Origin: Octopus vulgaris
Lineage: Eukaryota
DNA length: 64,000 nucleotides
Reading direction: 5' to 3'
NCBI GenBank assembly: GCA_951406725.2
Contig: OX597825.1
Location: 4,030,001 to 4,094,000 of the forward strand
Below the pieces are notes generated by a model. It was not told the origin of the DNA and did no database searches. It saw nothing but the letters and a program-made list of their open reading frames with translations. The position numbers and the translations under genes were made by a program. Positions 57,291 through 64,000 of this stretch are shown one piece after another. Each line of letters opens with the position of its first letter. Position 1 is the first letter of the stretch.

Positions 57291-58269
57291 AACTTATTAA
57301 TATTAATTATTTAGCTATATGATTATGAAAAATATAATTATAATTAATGGCGCTGGGGTGCCAACGTCTATACCCTGAAAATAGATATCAAATGTTTACA
57401 AGCCACATAACTATAATTATATATTTTTTATAAGTATATACTTAAAAAGTAGTTTACTGATTTTTATACGCTACCCCAATGATTTTTAATGATATCATCA
57501 ATTTATAAGTATATTTTATGGTCATTTTAATGATCATATCATCAATTTATAAGTATATACAATTTTGAGTTCTCTAGTCATTATACTTTACTGTGGTACT
57601 ATATCCACCCCAGCATGAGTTCTGACATTGACGACGTGGATGAGATGGGTGATTAGACTTAATGTATACGCGGGAAATGCACGTATATATTGGTATCTAT
57701 AGGCAAACATTGTCGGTGTGTATATGCATTTTTCGCTTACATAATGTCGCTGTATCTCTACTGAAGTGTGTAAAGTAATTTGTATTACAAAACAGGACAT
57801 CCTAAGATATAGGGTTATCCGAAATGATTGTAAATCTTCATGCCGACTACGTCACATTTGTTCTTGTGTTGTATTTAAAATATAGAAAAAATTCAGAGTG
57901 GCTTGTATAGATTTGACATCGACTTCTACTATGACCTTAATCATAATTATATTTTGGTAATTATATATTTAACAATTAATTTTACCTCTATGGTGGTTTT
58001 TTATATGCCTATCACTGACATGTTCATTTTAATGATTATATCCTTCAATTTATAAGTACACGTATTAATAGATATTTCGTAGACTTGAATATTTTGTAAA
58101 GAATTTATCATACATATGTACCTTATTTATCTCTTAGTTTCTCGAAGAATGGAATTGTAATTTCCAGTCTTGCCATACAAGAGTTAGAAGATAGAATAGA
58201 ATATCTAGAGAAAAAGCAAATGCTATTATTCGATAGACTTTCAGTTTCAAACGATCTCTCATCTTTTAT

Positions 58270-58460
58270 TCTACTTTGAAACGAGGGCAGCAAATTTGAA
58301 GTCAGGCGTTATTCGACTCCACGAAATCCTGTACCCGAATGGTAATTCATTTTATGAACCCAGAAAATGCTTCTCTTAGCCGAGTTTATTTTCAGCGCAT
58401 AGACATCCGAAATAAATGCTGTGGGTCATTTCATCCGGCTTTGAAATGCTGCTATCTTTA
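58270..58460 (-). mobile_element. Highly decayed SINE (1840 family)
   Basis: GAGGGCAGCAAATTTGA...GGTAATTCATTTTATGAACCC is the reverse of tail and core. Confidence 0.5.
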
Positions 58461-58569
58461 CAGAAATTCAAGCGTAATGTTAATAATATTCAATATTTAA
58501 TCCGTAAGTCAAAGTTCGATATACTTCGTGGTCATGGGACAGGGAGATTATTGATATGGCTCACATCAG

Positions 58570-58810
58570 ACTAAGGACTTAGTGGTAGGGGTGTTGGACT
58601 CATGATCGTAAGATTGTGGTTCTGATTCCTTGACTGTACGACACCTTGTGTTCTGGGGCAAACGTTTCATTTCACTCTGCTCCAGTCCACCCAGCTGCCG
58701 AATATGAGTAGTCTTGCGACGGATCGGTGTACCGTCCAGGTGGGAAATATATACACCTCGGAAAGCGGGTAACCGGTCCATATGGGTCTATGACTCACGA
58801 AGGGGTTGTA
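58570..58810 (+). mobile_element. tRNA-headed SINE, same family as the host at 34211
   Basis: TAGTGGTAGGGGTGTTGGACTCATGATCGTAAGATTGTGGTT...GCTCCAGTCCAC...GTCCAGGTGGGAAATA. Confidence 0.8.
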
Positions 58811-59296
58811 CATCTTTTTACATGTCACAATCAGTAGCGCGTCAGTCGTCTGTTTCTTGCCTAGTGTTTTTATTTCTCAATTTCGCATTTCTTTCCTTAT
58901 CAACAAAATATGCCTAATTGACAGTTTGTAGAAATCCACTGTACGTATGCAATTAATGAATATTAATAACAAGAACAACAAGAGCAATGCAGTATATTTC
59001 TATGATATTGCAGTTGAAATTAGCAGTTTAAACTCCAAGTTGTTATCAAATGGAAAATAAGTTAGGTATGGTGTTAACATAAGAGGGGAATCAAAATAAC
59101 AGCTTTATCTTTCGATAAAGAATTTATGAAAATGATGAATATTGCATGATTATAAGGATATCTTATACTATATATAATCGAAATTCCTGTCCAGATGTAT
59201 TTTAACATTCATACATACGTGAATGTACCCTATTGCATAAATGCATACATAAGCACACTCCTTCGCACACACATATATACATGTGTATATACACAC

Positions 59297-59332
<36 letters not shown>

Positions 59333-59335
<3 letters not shown>

Positions 59336-59636
59336 TATTAATTTATAAAAATATGGTAAAGTAAAAAATTCACTTTACCACACACCGAACTTTTCAGAAA
59401 TAGCAGCCAAAAATTTGGCTATTTCTTCAACTGCAAATAAAAGTCTCCAGACAATGCATACTCAGAAAATAACTCACAAAATAACTCACAAAAAGTTATT
59501 TTCTGAGTATGCATTGTCTGGAGACTTTTATTTGCAGTTGAAGAAATAGCCAAATTTTTGGCTGCTATTTCTGAAAAGTTCGGTGTGTGGTAAAGTGAAT
59601 TTTTTTACTTTACCATATTTTTATAAATTAATACTT
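59333..59636. repeat. Near-perfect inverted repeat, 142/143-bp arms, 19-bp spacer
   Basis: 59333-59474 is the reverse complement of 59494-59636 except for one A-run length difference. Confidence 0.95.
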
Positions 59637-60220
59637 CAAATATACCGTAAATGGTCTTTACATACCGAATACTGCTTGGTAGAATTTATTAACAATTAAT
59701 TAATTCTACCCCCTTTTTTGATGACTATATATATATATATATATACATATACTTGTATAGGTATATATATTTGCACGAGTGTATATGTATGTGTACATAA
59801 ACAAAGATTATATATATATACATATATATACACATACACGCACACACACAGACACACACACACGGACACAAATACACACACACACACATATATATCCTTA
59901 TACATATGTATGAATGCATTTATACATTACTCTATATTAGGGTGCATTATACTCACGAAAATATGCAGTGCTAGGCATGACATATTATAATTCATTAGTA
60001 GTCACTTAAACTACCAATAAACGCACTATATACAAATTAAACTATCCGTTAATGACGTCATCTTGGATGAATCCTATATAAACAGCATGCGCAAACAGGC
60101 ACCCTCCCACACTCACATATAATGATTATTTAAATATGTAAAAGCACACTTAGCCGTATATTATATTCTCAGTTCCTTGTCAAATAGTAGACATCAATAC
60201 ATGCATGATACATACACAAT

Positions 60221-60260
<40 letters not shown>

Positions 60261-60354
60261 TTATGTATGTGTAAATTACACTCACATCGGCGCACACAAA
60301 TACACACACACATATATGTGTGTGTCTCTGCGTGGGTCTTTGTGTGGACATCTT

Positions 60355-60432
<78 letters not shown>

Positions 60433-60492
60433 GAGAGAGAAAGAGAAAGATGTATGGATAGATATAGATAGACAGACAGATAGATAGATATT

Positions 60493-60548
<56 letters not shown>

Positions 60549-60684
60549 CAGACAGACAAATAAACAGATAGATGTATAGATAGATATAGATAGACAGACA
60601 GATAGATAGATATGTAGATAGATAGATAGATAGATAGATAGATGTATAGATAGATATAGATAGACAGACAGATAGATAGATAGG

Positions 60685-60780
<96 letters not shown>
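60355..60780. repeat. (GATA)n microsatellite with variants
   Basis: Seen directly. Confidence 0.95.
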
Positions 60781-60782
<2 letters not shown>

Positions 60783-61975
60783 CAGATTTAGATATTGATA
60801 TAAACGATAGTTTTGATTAAATAAGTTAACGCATGGATGCAAGAAAATACTCAGACAATTATTAGACGTGTATTACATTTTTATGTGGATCACTTTTTAA
60901 AAGATTTTCCCCATGTTATTATATATTTATTACTGGACATATATAATGGTGACTCAGACTGAGTCGTTCAGACTAATTTTTAACATGTCTCCGTTATAAT
61001 TTCTTAAACACAACCTTGATTACAATCCCAAAATATTTTAGTTTAAACGGAATATAAAATATTTTTAATGTTCTTTAATTTTCTACGTGATTTGGATGAT
61101 GGATACATGTAACGATATATTCACGATGTAGAGTTTCATGCGTTTAGATACATATTTCGTTTTGAATGAACCCCTAATAATAAAGGATATGAAAACTCCA
61201 TTTTTTGAGAGTAAAAATAGTCTAAACTGTAAGATAACTCATTAAAAACTTCGGTATTTTCAACGAAATATAATAATTTAAATGCCAACCCCTAAATATA
61301 TCAAGAAACATCCAAAAGAGAATACTAAAACATGATAGAAAAGTCGTAAAGTAAAAGTGTTTCAATTTTGATAAGGAATCATGCCAATATATTGTTAGAA
61401 AATTGGAATAATTTCCGATGGATAACGCTTTTTTTTTTCATTCAAATAGTAATAGTTGTGCATATTGAGAAGCAAAGAAAGAATATGGAGACGAGAAAAA
61501 AGAGAAAATACTATCTATTCTAAAAGCGAACTAAAAATACTTTGAATAAAAATGTGAACAAAAGAATATCTAAGGTAAAAATAAAGGAATAAAATATACG
61601 AATATACGCAAAATATTGTATGAGGAAAGGCAAAATTTAGAATCAAGTAATGGGAAAAAGGTTTTATATACAAATATAAAAACCGGATAAATAGTGGACC
61701 GAAAAAATTTCTATTGAGTAAGGTAGATGAAGAAAAAGGAAAACAAAATCCCAATGAAGAAATGGAGAGAAATGTTACCTAAAATATATAGAAAGAAATA
61801 CAAATATTCCAAGATCATGCAGTAACAACATTTCTAGGAATCGCCTAGAGTTAAAGAATATAGTTTTGGAATTTTTTCGGTTCATGATTGTTATTGTAAT
61901 TGAAAGCTATAAATAAGAGTTTGAATATGCACAAATATGTACAAAAATATTTTCGTTACGAGACACAGCATTAAG

Positions 61976-62036
<61 letters not shown>

Positions 62037-63214
62037 ACGCACACATACCTGCTTTAGAAATATTATACAATTACATAACATCTACACATAAAATATACTC
62101 TAAGAAACATATTTAAAGCACATGGAGATATAGACATGCACAGAGAGTTTTATACAAAGATACAAATAGATGTATCTTCAGATGATTTCAGGTACACGTA
62201 TGTATATAAACACATTTATATAAGTTCGCGCAAATATACTCATATACATATATAATGCACCCACAAATACACACACAAAAAAGCACACACTCACACACAC
62301 ATAAATCTGTGTGTGAATATGTGTCTTTGAATATATACTTACGTTGTAAAGTAATAGAATGAGTTGAGAATATTTGCGTATTTCGCCTGCACACACTGAT
62401 ATAGCAAATATGTGTATGCTTTAAAATTATAACGAACTCTGACGCTTCGCAAACGTATCCGACATCATTGTGACAATAGTGAAATCTTTATGGAGGCGGA
62501 TTCCTTATCATATGTTTGTAGATTTATAGAGAAGTATGTGAAAGAAGTAAAAGAAGAGAGCTGAGTGTACGTAATCATGGAGTGAGTTAAAAGGAATGAG
62601 TTAAAAGGCAAAAAATTGCGAAAGAAACGTGCGGGAGTTAGATGTAAAACAATACAAATTTTTACAGTCGACAGTATGAAATGTAAAAAGAAGTAACTTG
62701 CAGAGGTCAGATTAAATGGTGGCCGCACCCACACCAAATGAACGCATGTAGGGAGAGCATGAGTGGAGAGGTAAAAGAGTCGATACAGAAATGTCCATTT
62801 CATCCAAGCGCAGAAAGGGTGGAGGGATGCGAAATGAAACCGCCGGTATAGTCATAATATATGATTAAAAAATATTTCTGAGGTAAAATATATAGTCATT
62901 ACTTCAGGGACTATGCAAAACTGAAATATTCAGTACTTCTCAGGTTGCGAAGACAAAGCCATTCAGTGAATCGAGACGAGAACATGTACTAGTTGAAGAG
63001 CTATAAGATGCGCAAAGAAGTAGCACAAGATTTGCAAAAAGAACATTGAAAATGTAGATTATAATAAATGAGGGTACATTTGCATAGAAGCATAGAATCA
63101 TAAGTGTATCTCTGTGTATTTTGCGCGTATGCTCTTGTGTATCTATGTATCCAAGGTAACAGATTTCCCGATCGACACCAAGAAACGGTTTCCTTTAAGT
63201 TATTCTATTCCATG

Positions 63215-63937
63215 TTTCACATCAGCTGATTGAGGAAAATAACAACTCGGCGTTTATTCATGTTTATTCGTATCGTAATTATCGGAATCAAATCAGCTGC
63301 AACACAGACGGAGTAGATGCCAACAAACATCATGTTCAGTAAAAATTCGCGCAAACCCACAATTGAAACATGAACCGAAGAGGAAATGAAGCGTGGGTCC
63401 ATCATAATGAAGCAGAATGCAAAAGAGAGAGTAGGGAGTGTGAACACACTGGATCGCCAGCGATGAAGTAATTCAAGACTCAAATCTGCGAAAAGGTGAT
63501 TCTAAACCGTTTTGGGGGATTCGCAAGGGCCTACAGTGTAAGATTAGTTGGAAAGGAGGTGTACGATTAACAGTGCATGATGGAGTGTTCTGCTGGCCAA
63601 CAAACTGAGGCCAGCAATTTACAAGAAACGCCGAAGCCTATGCGCAAAGAAGGCACCCTGCCTACAAACCTGATCTCGCCCCTTCCGACTATCATATTGT
63701 TGGATCGCTCAAATAATGCTGACGAGGTCATCAATTTCCTAGGAATGAATATGTGAAGGAAGCGGTGCATGGATTGTTACACGATCAACTGAAAACCTCC
63801 ATCTTGGAGGGAATACGTAAGCTTGAGGGAAAGGAAGGTGACTATATAAAAAAAATTACATACTTGTTTATCCCCCTGCTGTTGTGTAAATACATTGCAA
63901 AAGACAGAGTGCGTATAAGTTTTGACTCACCTTCGTA
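63215..63937 (+). mobile_element. Mariner (Tc1/mariner) transposase remnant with right TIR
   Basis: Reads GNEAWVHHNEAECKRES..HTGSP..FKTQ, TINSA, NKLRPAIYKKRR, HPAYKPDLAPSDYHIVGSLK, VKEAVH, EGIRKL, EGDY (mariner GDETWV and YSPDLAPSD motifs); ends TTTTGACTCACCTTCG-TA. Confidence 0.9.
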
Positions 63938-64000
63938 TATACATATACATACATACATACATATATACATACAGATATATATATATATATATATATATAT

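Noticed and set aside
59637-59730. Helitron 3' end
   Set aside because: Hairpin is AT-rich and no CTRR terminus follows at the expected distance

Overview
AT-rich, repeat-dense eukaryotic DNA with no intact protein-coding gene, rRNA, tRNA gene or CRISPR array. The mix of repeat families and microsatellites points to a coleoid cephalopod, probably Octopus; this is inferred from recalled repeat families and was not searched. Most long ORFs in the track are microsatellite artefacts. Recognisable content: many tRNA-headed SINE copies of at least three families; decayed Penelope-like elements (RT and GIY-YIG pieces); fragments of R4/Dong, RTE, HERO, CRE-like and Tx1/L1 non-LTR retrotransposons; a mariner remnant; a MITE; a near-perfect 142-bp palindrome; and several minimal hammerhead-ribozyme motifs in short Penelope-derived elements. 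Scattered plus-strand blocks with splice sites and decayed Cys-rich (EGF-like) coding traces may be remains of receptor pseudogenes. The most interesting items are the (TAA)n-targeted retroelement nest with a reiterated 19-bp terminus (15.8-17.3 kb), the hammerhead mini-element cluster (49.5-50.4 kb), the SINE-into-SINE insertion at GGTATT (34.2-34.9 kb) and the young fold-back palindrome (59.3-59.7 kb). Boundaries of decayed elements are approximate, and all translations outside the ORF track were done by eye.
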